Source: Octopus sinensis (taxonomy: Eukaryota). From it: 64,000 nt of DNA. A program made the translations under genes and the position numbers. The notes below the pieces were generated by a model that saw only the letters and a list, made by a program, of their open reading frames with translations, searched no databases and was not told the DNA's origin. Where the stretch lies: contig NC_043000.1 in assembly GCF_006345805.1 (NCBI RefSeq), positions 17,794,001-17,858,000 of the forward strand. The letters run 5' to 3'. Numbering within the stretch: the stretch's first letter is position 1; each line of letters begins with the position of its first letter. Of this stretch, positions 13,052 to 25,030 are shown one piece after another.

Positions 13052-13436
13052 TGGAAGCACTCCGTCGGTTACGACGACAAGGGTTCCGGTTGATCCGATC
13101 AACGGAACAGCCTGCTCGTGAAATTAACGTGTAAGTGGCTGAGCACTCCACAGACACGTGCACCCTTAACGTAGTTCTCGGGGATATTCAGCGTGACACA
13201 AGAGAGTGACAAGGCCGGCCCTTTGAAATACAGGTACAACAGAAACAGGAAGTAAGAGTGAGAGAAAGTTGTGGTGAAAGAGTACAGCAGGGATCACCAC
13301 CATCCCCTGCCGGAGCCTCGTGGAGCTTTTAGGTGTTTTCGCTCAATAAACACTCACAACGCCCGGTTTGGGAATCGAAACCACGATCCTACAACCGCGA
13401 GTCCGCTGCCCTAACCACTGGGCCATTGCGCCTCCA
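13052..13436 (-). mobile_element. SINE family B (tRNA-derived), full length
   Basis: Minus strand TGGAGGCGCAATGGCCCAGTGGTT (A-box), GGTTTCGATTCC (B-box), ends CGTAACCGACGGAGTGCTTCCA. Confidence 0.9.
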
Positions 13437-13499
13437 CAAGTGGTTCTATACACATCTGTAAAGCAGTCAACTTAAAACTGGATTTTGTTAATATTCTAC

Positions 13500-13830
13500 C
13501 GTGCCGGTGACACGTTAAAAGCACCGTCTGAACGTGGCAGATGCCAGTGCCGCCTCACTGGTGTCCGTGTTGGTAACACGTAAAAGCACCAACCGATCAT
13601 GGCCGTTTGCCAACTCCTCTGGCCTCTGTGCCGGTGGCACGTAAAAAGCACCCACCACACTCACGGAATGGTTGGCGTTAGGAAGGGCCTCCAGCTATAG
13701 AAACACTGCCAGATCAGACTGGAGCCTGGTGCAGCCTCCTGGCTTCCCAGACCCCGGTCGAACCATCCAATCCATGCTAGCATAGAAAACGGACGTTAAC
13801 CGATGATGGTGATGATGATGATGATGATGA
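13500..13830 (+). mobile_element. Family D copy with three internal units
   Basis: Three GTGCCGGTGGCACGTAAAAAGCACC-like units, then the D 3' end and (GAT)n. Confidence 0.8.
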
Positions 13831-14341
13831 TTCCCTTTGCCTGTGAGCAAAGGGTCAGCTTAACCCCAAAGACCAAAATAGAAATATAATATAAAACATA
13901 TGGAAGGCTTGTCAAGCCGAGTGAAACCATAGTCATGGCTGTTGTCAGTGTCATGTAAATGGCTCCCATGAAATCGTTGTCGTGGCTATTGCTGGTGTCA
14001 TGTGAATGGTACCCATACTGGTGGCACATAAAAAGCACCCATTAAACTCTTGGATTGCTCGGCATTAGGAAAGGCATCCAGCCATAGAAATCATGTCAAA
14101 TCAGACTGGAACCTGGTGCAGCTCTCCAGCTTACCAGTTCCGATCAAACTGTCTAACCCATGCCAGCATGGAAAGCGGACGTAAAATGATGATGAGGATG
14201 ATGTGTGTGTGGGTTGCTTTCCAACCATGTGATTTTGGGCTCAGCCCCATTGCACTGTGGGTGACTTCTACTATTTGACCATGGGTTGACCAAAGTCTTG
14301 TGAGTAAATATGGTAGATGGAAACTGAAAGAAGCTCATCAC

Positions 14342-14372
<31 letters not shown>

Positions 14373-14565
14373 TTTGTGTCTCCTTGCTTTGACATCTCTT
14401 GATTGTCATCATCGTAAATGAATGTCATTCCTTTCCAATATTCTGCAGAAACGTGCCTAACCACATGGAGATATTACCTTTCTTGGAAACTGGTAAGGGG
14501 CTTTCAGTTTCCCTGTACCAAATACACTTTCAAGGCTTCAGAGCTATAGTAGAAGATAAAGTACC

Positions 14566-14795
14566 TATTTCTTTACTACCCACAAGGGGCTAAACACAGA
14601 GGGGACAAACAAGGACAGACAAACGGATTAAGTCGATTACATCGACCCCAGTGCGTAACTGGTACTTATTTCATCGACCCCGAAAGGATGAAAGGCAAAG
14701 TCGACCTCGGCGGAATTTGAACTCAGAACGTAACTGCAGACGAAATACTGCTAAGCATTTCGCCCGGCGCACTAACGTTTCTGCAATCATGCCGC
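14566..14795 (-). mobile_element. SINE family C inserted into a SINE A remnant
   Basis: 16-bp TSD TAGAAGATAAAGTACC at 14550-14565 and 14796-14811. Confidence 0.92.
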
Positions 14796-14880
14796 TAGAA
14801 GATAAAGTACCATGTAGTTTGAAAGCAAACTTCCTACCACACAGCCATGCATGCCTGCACCTATAGGGCCACAGCTGTGC

Positions 14881-15286
14881 TCTCTTTACTCTTTACTTGT
14901 TTCAGTCATTTGACTGCGGCCATGCTGGAGCACCGCCTTTAGTCGCCCAAATCGACCCCGGGACTTATTCTTTGTAAGCCCAGTACTTATTCTATTGGTC
15001 TCTTTTGCCGAACTGCTAAGTGACGGGGACGTAAACACACCAGCACCGGTTGTCAAGCAATGCTAGGGGGACAAACACAGACACACAAACACACACATAC
15101 ATATATACATATATACATATATACGACAGGCTTCTTTCAGTTTCCGTCTACCAAATCCACTCACAAGGCATTGGTCGGCCCGAGGCTATAGTAGAAGACG
15201 CTTGCCCAAGATGCCACGCAGTGGGACTGAACCCGGAACCATGTGGTTGATTAGCAAGCTACTTACCACACAGCCACTCCTGTGCC
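14881..15286 (-). mobile_element. SINE family A, full length
   Basis: Matches the family consensus. Confidence 0.88.
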
Positions 15287-15565
15287 TATCACACACACAC
15301 ACGTATATGTATGTATATAGACAATAGTTGAACTTAATATTGGTCATGCAAAGGATTTGATCTTCTGAACCCTAAACCACTCAACTATTCCTCTGACTAG
15401 TTTAGTGTTACATGATATCATTGCCCCACCCTTGTCATCTTACTCTTGCAAATGATAAAGATACGATATGTTCTGCTTTGTCTCTTAGTATATAATGATC
15501 TACATTTAACCATAACAGAAATTCATCAACTTTAGTCTGCTCTTTATAAATGTGACTCTTACCAG

Positions 15566-15882
15566 TCATCATCATCATCATCATCATCATCATCGTTTAA
15601 CGTCCGCTTTCCATGCTAGCATGGGTTGGACGGTTTGACCGGGGATCTGGGAAGCCAGAAGGCTGCACCAGGCTCCGGTCTTATCTGGCAAAGTTTCTAC
15701 AACTGGATGCCCTTCCTAACGCCAACCACTCCGTGAGTGTAGTGGGTGCTTTTTACGTGCCACCGACACAGAAGCCAGTCGAGGCGGCGCTGGCATCAGC
15801 CACAATTCGGATGGTGCATTTTATGGAAGCCAGTTGAGGCGGCACTGGCTTCGGCTACGATTCGGATGGTGCTTTTTACGTG
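15566..15882 (-). mobile_element. Family D copy
   Basis: Matches 1159-1445 and 31271-31523. Confidence 0.8.
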
Positions 15883-16152
15883 GTAGATCTTAAATATTTT
15901 CTCCTCATTGGTTTTAGCAGATCTCCTCAAATTCTTACCATCATATTGCAAAGGTTAATCTTAGGAACTACATTGAGATATAACAATCTTGTTCTTAACA
16001 TTGATATATAAAAATACATTGAATTTTATGGACTATTAATCTCATCCTTAAAGTTTGCTACATTATTTATATATATATATATTCTTCATTTTGATCTTCA
16101 GTTGTAATCATGTATGTTATTACTGGTTATGTACTTCTGCCATCTTTCATAA

Positions 16153-16593
16153 GATGGCAGAATCCCCAAGGACATACTCTACGGAGAGCTTGCTAGGGGT
16201 ACTAGGTCTGTGGGTAGACCGCTCTTACGTTACAAGGATGTTTGCAAAAGGGACATGAAGGCCTGCAACATCAATATCAGCGGTTGGGAGGCAGTTGCCG
16301 GCAACCGTGGAGACTGGTGACGTACCGTAAGAGAGGGAATACAAAGGAGTGACAGAGGGAGAGAGAGGAGAAATGGAAAGACAAGAAAAGACGTCAACAA
16401 GAAACTATGGCATTACAACCAGCCAGGAACAGTCTTCGCTACATTTGCAGTACCTGCCAGAGGGAGTGTTTGTCCAGGATAGGACTACACAGCCACAGCA
16501 GGAAATGTATCAGGACATGAAATGTAAAAGCCGGACTAGACTACTTTATGCGCAACTCCATTGTCTCCCGAGACAAAAAGGATGCCAACCAAC
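16153..16593 (+). pseudogene. RTE-clade (BovB-like) LINE, 5'-truncated 3' end
   Basis: Manual translation DGRIPKDILYGELARGTRSVGRPLLRYKDVCKRDMK...ICSTCQRECLSRIGLHSHSRKC with one stop (16318-16320) and a frameshift near 16360; 3' end GAGACAAAAAGGATGCCAACCAAC. Confidence 0.9.
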
Positions 16594-17286
16594 TTAGTTC
16601 CAACCTGAACTTTACTAAGGATCTTTATTTCTACACTAAGTTCAGGAGTGTCTTTATCAATTAAAATATATAATCTAGTGGTCTTGTGTAATGCTCCACA
16701 ACCTTTTTTCACTTGTGGTACACTTTTATTCTTTTCAAAATTTGGTGGCACACCTGGACCACAAATATAAGTAAAATTATATTCAGGTTATACTGCAGCA
16801 CCTAACATCATCTCTTGTGCCACAGCATACTGGTTGCGGAGCACTGATTTAGTGGATTGCATTACTAACCTTAGTTTAGAAATATAGGTCTCACATTTGA
16901 ATCCAATTTGGGACAACATATGTATCCTGGAATAAGACACTTGATGGTGATCAAAGATCATGCCATTCAAAACATCTAAGATATATATTGTAAATATATG
17001 CTGTAAAAACAAGGTTAATAGCCTCGGAAATTATAATTTCATTAACATCTCAGACATTTTGCCCTTTTGACTGACTGGCACCTGTGCTGGTGGCACGTAA
17101 AAAGTACCATCAAGCACTAAGTGACCAAGACCTTTAGAGATATGATGTGCTTGAGAAGACTCAACAAGCCAAGTGAGATCATAGTCATGGCCAATGCCAG
17201 TGTCGCATAACTGGTTCATTTAAAAGCACCCTCCAATCATTGGGTAATATACCATGCTCGTGAAGACCTGTTGAATGCCAGTTCCA

Positions 17287-17805
17287 CCTGACTGGCACCT
17301 GTGCTGGTGGCACATAAAATGCACCATTTGAGCATGGCTGATACCAATGTTACCTGATTGGCACCTGTGCCAGTGACATGTAAAAAGCACCATTTGAGTG
17401 TGACTGGTGCCAATACCACCTGACTAGCCCCCATGCTGGTGGTACATAAAAAGCACCATTTGAGCATGGTCAGTGCCAGTGTCACCTGACTTGCATCCAT
17501 GCTGGTGGCACATAAAAAGCATCATCTGAGTGTGGTTGATGCCAGTGTCACCTGACTGGCACCAGTGCTGGTGGCACATAAAAAGGACCATTCGAGCGTG
17601 GCTGATGCCAGTGCTGCCTGACTGGCTCCTGTGTTTGTAGTACGTAAAAGCACCCTCTACACTGTCAGAGTGGTTGGCATTAAGAAGGGTATCCAGCTAC
17701 AGAAATCAGATTGGAGCCTGGTGCAGCCTTCTGGCTTGCCAGTTCTCAATCAAACCATCCAACCCACGCCAGCATGAAAAGTGGACATTAAATGATGATG
17801 ATGAT
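17287..17805 (+). repeat. Family D copy with a six-unit, ~66-bp minisatellite
   Basis: Units start at 17287, 17353, 17419, 17485, 17551, 17616; followed by the D 3' end and (GAT)n. Confidence 0.9.
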
Positions 17806-18888
17806 GGTTTATGCTGCAACAACCAGATTAATAACAACAAAGTTATTTTTCTAAATTCTTCATTATTTTTCAAAACTAATTGAAACAAAAATTGTATTTC
17901 AAGAAAGTTATGATTACAGAAGGGTTAAACTTTTGATTATAAAACAAAATTGAACTGAGTTACATTATAAAATGGCTTTCCATTCCATTTTCTACTGTTG
18001 AGGAGATAGAGCATTAACTTCCGGCTTCCTGCCCTAGTCAAGTCCTTCAGATATAATCTACTAGTGTTGTCCTGAGCAGGAAAACACTTCCATTCATGTT
18101 TTTGTTATGCTCTATAAATTGCTTTGAATAATCTTTTGCTAATTACCATTCTCCACATCTAGTAAAAATAGTTCCAAAGTGACTACTGACACTTAATTGT
18201 GTCTAAATGTGACAAGGAAAGTTCTGTTTAGATTTAAAGTGCATAATGCTACCACCTATTTCAAGACTTTTCTTGTTAACAGTTTGCTTGAATCAAATTC
18301 CAAAGTAATTGATACTGCAAATTACACATAGTCTAGAAGTATTTATTTACTAATACTTCGCTTATATCTTGTGTGTGTATGTGTGCATATAAGTATATAT
18401 ATATGTATGTGTGTGTATACATATGTATATATATATATACGTGGATATATATATATTCTCGCCTCCCCCGCCTTCCCCACTCTCGCCTCCCCCACCTCCC
18501 CACATCATCACACCACACTACACCATACAACATTACCCATCACATCACAACACACCACCCACACACCCATCCCCACATCTTTACACCTACACATACATAC
18601 ACATATCACATCACAACACACCACCCACACACCCATCCCCACATCTCCACACCCACACATACATACACACACACGTCCAGACCACTAGCCCTCTTTCACA
18701 TGCACATACATACTCTCTTATACACACACGTACCTTTGTGTTGGGGGCACCTTCATATTTGAAGTCACTTGACCCTGTTATCTCCCCTACTGTCCCTCTC
18801 ACATCTGACCACTGTCTGAAGTAAGGATGCCATGATAGATCGTTAACTCCTACACGCATTTTTTTCTCTCCTCGTTTTTTTCTGTGTA

Positions 18889-18926
18889 TCTTTCTGTCGA
18901 AGAGCGTAGGCTCGAAACGTAAAAGA
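18889..18926 (+). ncRNA. Minimal type I hammerhead-like motif, variant core CUGUCGA, in a Penelope-like remnant (about 18830-19020)
   Basis: UCUUU-CUGUCGA-A-GAGC(GUAG)GCUC-GAAA-CG-UA-AAAGA: stem I 5 bp, stem II 4 bp, palindromic ACGU stem III. Confidence 0.65.
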
Positions 18927-19017
18927 CTTTTTCTATTCCTGAGCGTTATACTAATACATTTGTTTGTTTGTACTCCACCTGCCTTCGACCTTTGTTTATT
19001 TTCGTAAACTTTCCCTT

Positions 19018-19052
<35 letters not shown>

Positions 19053-20010
19053 ATATATGTGTGTATATTTTTGTATGTGTGTGTGTATATATATATATCC
19101 TTGTCCCCACATCACCCTCTCAACCTCCCCTTCTGTCCAAATTTACTCCACCTCCATATTATGGGAAGCCACTAGAGTCCACTTTTCTACCTTGCCCTTC
19201 ACTTTTTCCCCCCCCTCCAATACCATACTGTTTCAACAATCAGTATATGTTCCTCTCATCATCCTTTTACCACCAGCCTAAAATAATCTTGCATTTCTTC
19301 TTCTAGTATAGCGTTTCTTCTTTTGTCATTTGCAAGGCAACTTCACTAGCACTGGTATCATGAAAAAAAGCCCCCAGTGTAGTGATTGCACCGTACTGTA
19401 AAGTGGTTGCGTGTCTTCTCTCTGCTCATTTCTGCTTGTGGTCATACCATAGTAACTCCATGCATCCGCCAAAGCATGTCCACTTCATTTCTTTCCAGCA
19501 ATGAGAACATTCCATCTTGATCATTGTGTCATTTTTGACAAACTCGGATGTACTAATGTCTTTCAATTGAGAATATTTCTTCATTTTTCCATTTCTCTGA
19601 CTCCTCTCCTCTCTGATGACTATTTACTCAGCTCACGGAATCCTTACTCATTTTTGAGTAAACTGGAATGTAATATTATCATCAATTGGGGATATTTCTT
19701 CGTTTTTCCATTTCTCCGGCTTCTTCCTCTCTGATGACTGTATACTCAGCTTATGGAACCCTTACTCAATTTCATGATCCACATTTTTGGCTATTCTAGA
19801 AACAGCTGTAAGAGACCCTACATGTTTACATTCTCTATCTAGATTAAATGGGTTTTTTTAATCTTTTTTGAGTGATGCCAAATGTTTTACCTGCTCATTG
19901 GGAAACCATTTTTAGCTGTCTTTGGTTGGCAGTTTCAGCACAACATTTTTCGATTGCAGTTGAAGCCGGAGTTTTAGTGGTAAACCGAACCAAGCACTTG
20001 TACATAGTAC

Positions 20011-20088
20011 ATACCTTCTACATTGTCAGTTGATGAAAGCTCCTTGAATATACCTTCTACATTGTCAGTTGATGAAAGCTCCTTGAAT
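20011..20088. repeat. Perfect 39-bp tandem duplication
   Basis: ATACCTTCTACATTGTCAGTTGATGAAAGCTCCTTGAAT twice. Confidence 0.97.
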
Positions 20089-20106
20089 GACACATGACAT
20101 ATATAT

Positions 20107-20266
20107 GCAGTGACAACTGAGTTGTATAGGCTATGCGAAACATGCAATATTGGGTGGTTCATACAACACACACCCACACATACATATATGTATGTATGTA
20201 TGTACATGTGTGTGTGTATAAACCACCCAATATTTCACTCAGTGTACACAACTCTGTTATCACTGC
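20107..20266. repeat. Degenerate palindrome, probable old MITE
   Basis: GCAGTGACAACTGAGTTGT / ACAACTCTGTTATCACTGC and AATATTGGGTGGTT / AACCACCCAATATT arms around a microsatellite. Confidence 0.6.
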
Positions 20267-20980
20267 TTATACATGTTGTGTGTCAATTCAACCATAATTT
20301 CATCACAACATGTCTAGAACACATGCTTGTTTTTTGAATGTGTTTACAATGCTATTTGCTTTATCATTTATTTTTTCTTGTCTTTTTCTATCTTTAGATC
20401 CATTTTGCCATATATTTGTTTTTTCTCCTTAATCTCCAATAATGTTTTACATTTCTTTTAGTTTTCCCTATCAATGAACTTTGGTTAGCTTTTCATAGTT
20501 TTATTATCATTATATAAACCTTACCAGCACACAGTAGAAGCGCTTAAAACTCTTCCACTTCCTCTGATCCATTTTTCTATCATCTTTCATCAGCTGCAAT
20601 TTCAATAACAGACCCTCTATTCTGCCGTTATTTCTCTTCTATTAATGTCGATGTCATCATTGTCAATTTTATTGTTTGTTGCTGTTGTTGTTGTTGCAGT
20701 TGCTAATATGAAATTCCATTGACTATATTTCCACTATTATTACTATAGACAATTTTCTCCCGATTATTGTTATAATAACTACCGTTGTTGTTGTTGTTCC
20801 ACTTGCCTTGTAATTCGGTTAATAATATTGATGTTGCTTTTGTTTTATAGTCTCTCACTCAATTGCATGTTGCCAATTCTCGCAAAGATGGCTTGTATTA
20901 AAATCGTTTGCTTCTGCATCTCACGAGATATGGAAATTCCATCACTCCTTTGTGCAAACTCTCAGCAATAAAAACAGCAA

Positions 20981-21204
20981 TACTCTTTACTCTTTTACTC
21001 TTTTACTTGTTTCAGTCATTTGACTGCAGCCATGCTGGAGCACCGCCTTTAGTCGAGCAAATCGACCCCGGGACTTATTCTTTGTAAAGCCCAGTACTTA
21101 TTCTATCGGTCTCTTTTTGCCGAACCGCTAAGTTACGGGGACGTAAACACACCAGCATCAGTTGTCAAGCAATACTAGGGGGACAAACACAGACACACAA
21201 ACAC

Positions 21205-21240
<36 letters not shown>

Positions 21241-21402
21241 GACAGGCTTTTTTCAGTTTCCGTCTACCAAATCCACTCACAAGGCATTGGTCGGCCTGGG
21301 GCTATAGCAGAAGACACTTGCCCAAGATGCCACGCAGTGGGACTGAACCCGGAACCATGTGGTTGGTTAGCAAGCTACTTACCACACAGCCACTCCTGCG
21401 CC
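20981..21402 (-). mobile_element. SINE family A, full length
   Basis: Matches the family consensus. Confidence 0.88.
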
Positions 21403-21605
21403 TAATAGACAAAACAAAACAATATTTCTACATTGGTTATCTCTGCTACTGAGGCACTTGCCATAGATTGTCATATAGAGAACCTTTGGTTTAAATTCCT
21501 ATTTATTAAATAATAGAGATTTTAATTCTGTGATCCCACCTGCAGGGACGAACTACAACATCAAATGCTGATGGACAACAAAGAAATTGTAAAGCAGCAG
21601 CATGA

Positions 21606-21843
21606 TATCCGATTATTGGTGAGCCGGGCGACGTGTCCAGCCCATCTATACTTGCTGCATGTATAATCTGCGATGACATCTCTCATGCTGGACTTCTTTC
21701 TGAAGATCTTGCTACTTATGTGCTCTCTCAACAAGATACCAAGCATTGACCTTTCCATGGCTCTTTGAGCCGTTACCAGTCTTTGCTCTTCTGGTAGCCC
21801 ATGTTTCACTACCATATAACATTGCAGGCAAAACTGCACTGTT
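21606..21843 (-). pseudogene. RTE-clade LINE fragment (RT C-terminal region)
   Basis: VLPAMLYGSETWA, frameshift, EEQRLVTAQRAMERSMLGI...SKYRWAGHVARLTNNR. Confidence 0.88.
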
Positions 21844-22501
21844 AATGAATAAGATGAAAAAGAGAAACAACACCAATACGCCATTCTAACCGAATGTGAT
21901 GCCTGTTTATATACTATAGCTCCTGGCCAACCAAACCCTTGAGAGTGGATTTGGTAGATGGAAACTGAAAGAACCCCATCATATGTAAATATGTGTGTGT
22001 GCGTGTGATTTTATCCTGTACCATTACCTGATAACTGGTGTTGGTTTGTTTATCTCCCTGTTACTTATTGGTTCAACAAAAGAAAGAAGTCGATTCATTT
22101 GATTAAAGAAGCCCTTCAAGGTGGGGCCTCAGCATGGCAATGGTGCAATGATAACACATCATCATCATCATTTAACATCCATTGTCCATGCTGGCATGGG
22201 TTAGACAATTTGACCAGGGAGCTGCACCAGACTCCAGTCTCATTTGGCATCGTTTCTATGGCTGGTTGTCCTCCCTAATGCCAACCACTTTACAAAGTGT
22301 GCTGGGTGCTTTTATGTGGCACTGCATGAGCACCCTTATGCAGCATCACATGAGCACTTCCATGTGGTACCACACAGGTGCTTTTAACTGACACAACCAC
22401 GTGTGCTTTTTACATGGTACTGACCCAAAATGTGACCTCGTGTGTACCGTTGGCGATTTTTTTCCTCTGTCTTCCCTTCTCTGGATCTTTTCTTCTCCTA
22501 T

Positions 22502-22536
22502 GTTTCCGACGAAGAGCTCCGCTTGAAACGTTAAAC
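22502..22536 (+). ncRNA. Minimal type I hammerhead-like motif, variant core CCGACGA, in a Penelope-like remnant (about 22440-22630)
   Basis: GUUU-CCGACGA-A-GAGC(UCC)GCUU-GAAA-CG-UU-AAAC; downstream TTCCTGAGCG shared with the 18.9-kb copy. Confidence 0.62.
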
Positions 22537-22756
22537 CCTCCTTCTTTCCTGAGCGTCCAATAATACTATATTTGTTCCACGTCCTCGCGTTGTTTTGTTT
22601 TTTTGTGTTTTCTTGTTTGGATTAACTTTATATATATATATACACACACACAACCAATACCATCAGCTATATAACAAACTTATCAAATTGTATCTCCTCA
22701 TATAGCACCAGCACTTGATTTCATCACCACAGCAACTGCTATCCACCATTATTGGA

Positions 22757-23139
22757 TGGAAGCACTCCGTCGGTTACGACGACGAGGATTCCGGTTGATC
22801 CGATCAACGGAACAGCCTGCTCATGAAATTAACGTGTAAGTGGCTGAGCACTCCACAAACACGTGCACCCTTAACGTAGTTCTCGGGGATATTCAGCGTG
22901 ACACAGAGAGTGACAAGGCCGGCCCTTTGAAATACAGGTACAACAGAAACAGGAAGTAAGAGTGAGAGAAAGTTGTGGTGAAAGAGTACAGCAGGGATCA
23001 CCACCATCCCCTGCCGGAGCCTCGTGGAGCTTTAGGTGTTTTCGCTCAATAAACACTCACAACGCCCGGTCTGGGAATCGAAACCGCGATCCTATGACCG
23101 CGAGTCCGCTGCCCTAACCACTGGGCCATTGCGCCTCCA
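22757..23139 (-). mobile_element. SINE family B, full length
   Basis: Near-identical to 13052-13436. Confidence 0.9.
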
Positions 23140-23900
23140 CCCATCATTATTACCATATGACTAACTACTACATCTAGCTAGCTGGCGCACTGGCTTCCTT
23201 GATCTTGCTACATTTAGTATAATGATTATAAGCAGTGCATTAACAGCAATGATAGTAATGATGGTGATGGTTGTAGTGATGTTGCACTGGGGTCGATGTA
23301 ATCGACTTAATACCTATGTCTGTCCTTGTTTGTCCCCTCTGTGTTTAGCCCCTTGTGGGTAATAAAGAAATAGGTAATGGTCAGTGGAGGAAGGTGACTG
23401 GGTTGTTGTAGTGAGAGACTGAATCCCATACTATGACTGAGTAAGTGAAAACAGTGTTGGTAGTAGGTAGTCCAATACCAATAATATGGACACATGAGAT
23501 TTGAACTTGCAAAACCTTTTTAAAAAGTACACTACCTGATCCCTTTGAGATATGGACAAGACAATATTTTGCTTAACTCTAAATCTTACTTCAGCAACTT
23601 GTTAAAAATAAGTGTTCTTATTTACATATTAGAACAAATGAACAAGTAAACTATTGATACTTTTAAAATTTTTAAAGGATTTTTGCTTTTCCCAGTCACT
23701 AGAAGCATTCATTTCTCTCCTTTCATATTAGCACAACATCAAGCTATTACTTGCTATCTTCAAAGATTTAAACCCTATGGCATCTTCATTTTTAACCCTT
23801 TCATCACCGCTCTTCTTTTGAAAGGCATTGTCTTTTTTTTTAAATAATAAAGAATTTGGTAAAATAACATTGTCATTAAGCTGATGTTTGGAACATAAAC

Positions 23901-24240
23901 CAGTAGTTCTCACCTGGGGTCCATATGGCCCCTGAGGGTTCATATAAGATTTTGTAGGGTCTATGCCATAAAATAGTAAATTGAGGATCCAAAGGGCCCT
24001 TGAAAGCACTTTGCTTTAGATCTATGTATTGGTATGTATTGCAAGAAATAGCGAGGTTTCTTTCTCAAATGTTTTTCATAGTTCAACCTACATAGCTTAA
24101 TGTGTGAAAAACAAAATAGGATTTTGTTTTAAAGAAGTTTCTATAAAACTAGTTTTTAAACATTGAATGGCAATGGGGGTCCACCAGAATAAAATAATGA
24201 TCAAAGGGGTCGATAGATAAAAAATGTTTGAGAACCCCTG
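23901..24240. mobile_element. hAT MITE, 340 bp
   Basis: TIR CAGTAGTTCTCA / TGAGAACCCCTG; perfect 8-bp TSD ACATAAAC at 23893-23900 and 24241-24248. Confidence 0.9.
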
Positions 24241-24494
24241 ACATAAACTAACATGAAGTTTTGAGGGAAGGATTTAAGTGAGATCATTTAAAAAATAGGA
24301 AGTTCATATCATACAATCAGGGACAGTCTCAGATAGGCCCAGTGGTTAGGGCAGCAGACTCACGGTTGTAGGATCGCAGTTTCGATTCCCAGACCGGGCG
24401 TTGTGGGTGTTTATTGAGCAAAAACACCTAAAACTCCATGAGGCTCCGGCAGGGGGGTGGCAATCCCTGCTGTACAAAAACAAAAAAAAAAAAG

Positions 24495-25030
24495 GTTAAA
24501 CAAATAAGTATGTTCTGGCATTGCATGGAAATATAACCCAGCTTTGTCTATGTTGCAAACATTCTCAAGATGATACTCAGCTATAATTTTTGGACATTCT
24601 GTCTCAATTCATGACTGATAAAAAAAAAAAAAAATGGCACTTTTTCCTCACCATGAACACATTTTTGCACACAATATTCTCTTGCGTTTTTCCGCCTGTT
24701 AAACAATCCATCAGTTGGTGCAAAAATTTTTCTTTACCCATTTCTTTACAAATTCTTCTGCTTTTTGATGCCTCAGCTGTTCATTAATTCAAGCATTCTT
24801 TTCACCAGCATTTCTAAACCAAATTTGCAATGCTGACTCAACTGAACTATCTTTACCAGATCATACTCTCTTAGTATCTGTGTTCCTATGAGTAAGTGCT
24901 GATTTTTCAATGTCAGACTTGCTTCTCTTTTACTTTGTCTTTCCGTTCTTTTTTGTTTTATACACATTAGTGGCAGTGAATTTTCTAAATAAACAGCAGT
25001 TCTGTGTTGACTCATTTTGGGGCAACTTAA
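24495..25030 (-). pseudogene. pogo/Tigger transposase relic (CENP-B-like HTH through first catalytic motif)
   Basis: Across frameshifts: VESALQIWFRNAGEKNA, KAEEFVKK, TDGLFNRRK, HGEEKSA, PKIIAEYHLENVCNIDKAGLYFHAMP (equivalent to the NxDETGL motif). Confidence 0.75.

Noticed and set aside
13360-13436. tRNA-like sequences at SINE heads (families A, B, C, F)
   Set aside because: A and B boxes are present but there is no complete cloverleaf, and each continues into a repeat body; these are SINE heads, not tRNA genes.
17287-17660. CRISPR-like appearance of the repeated dyad motif with variable intervening sequence
   Set aside because: The intervening sequences are homologous to one another, the context is eukaryotic and there are no cas genes; it is a minisatellite.
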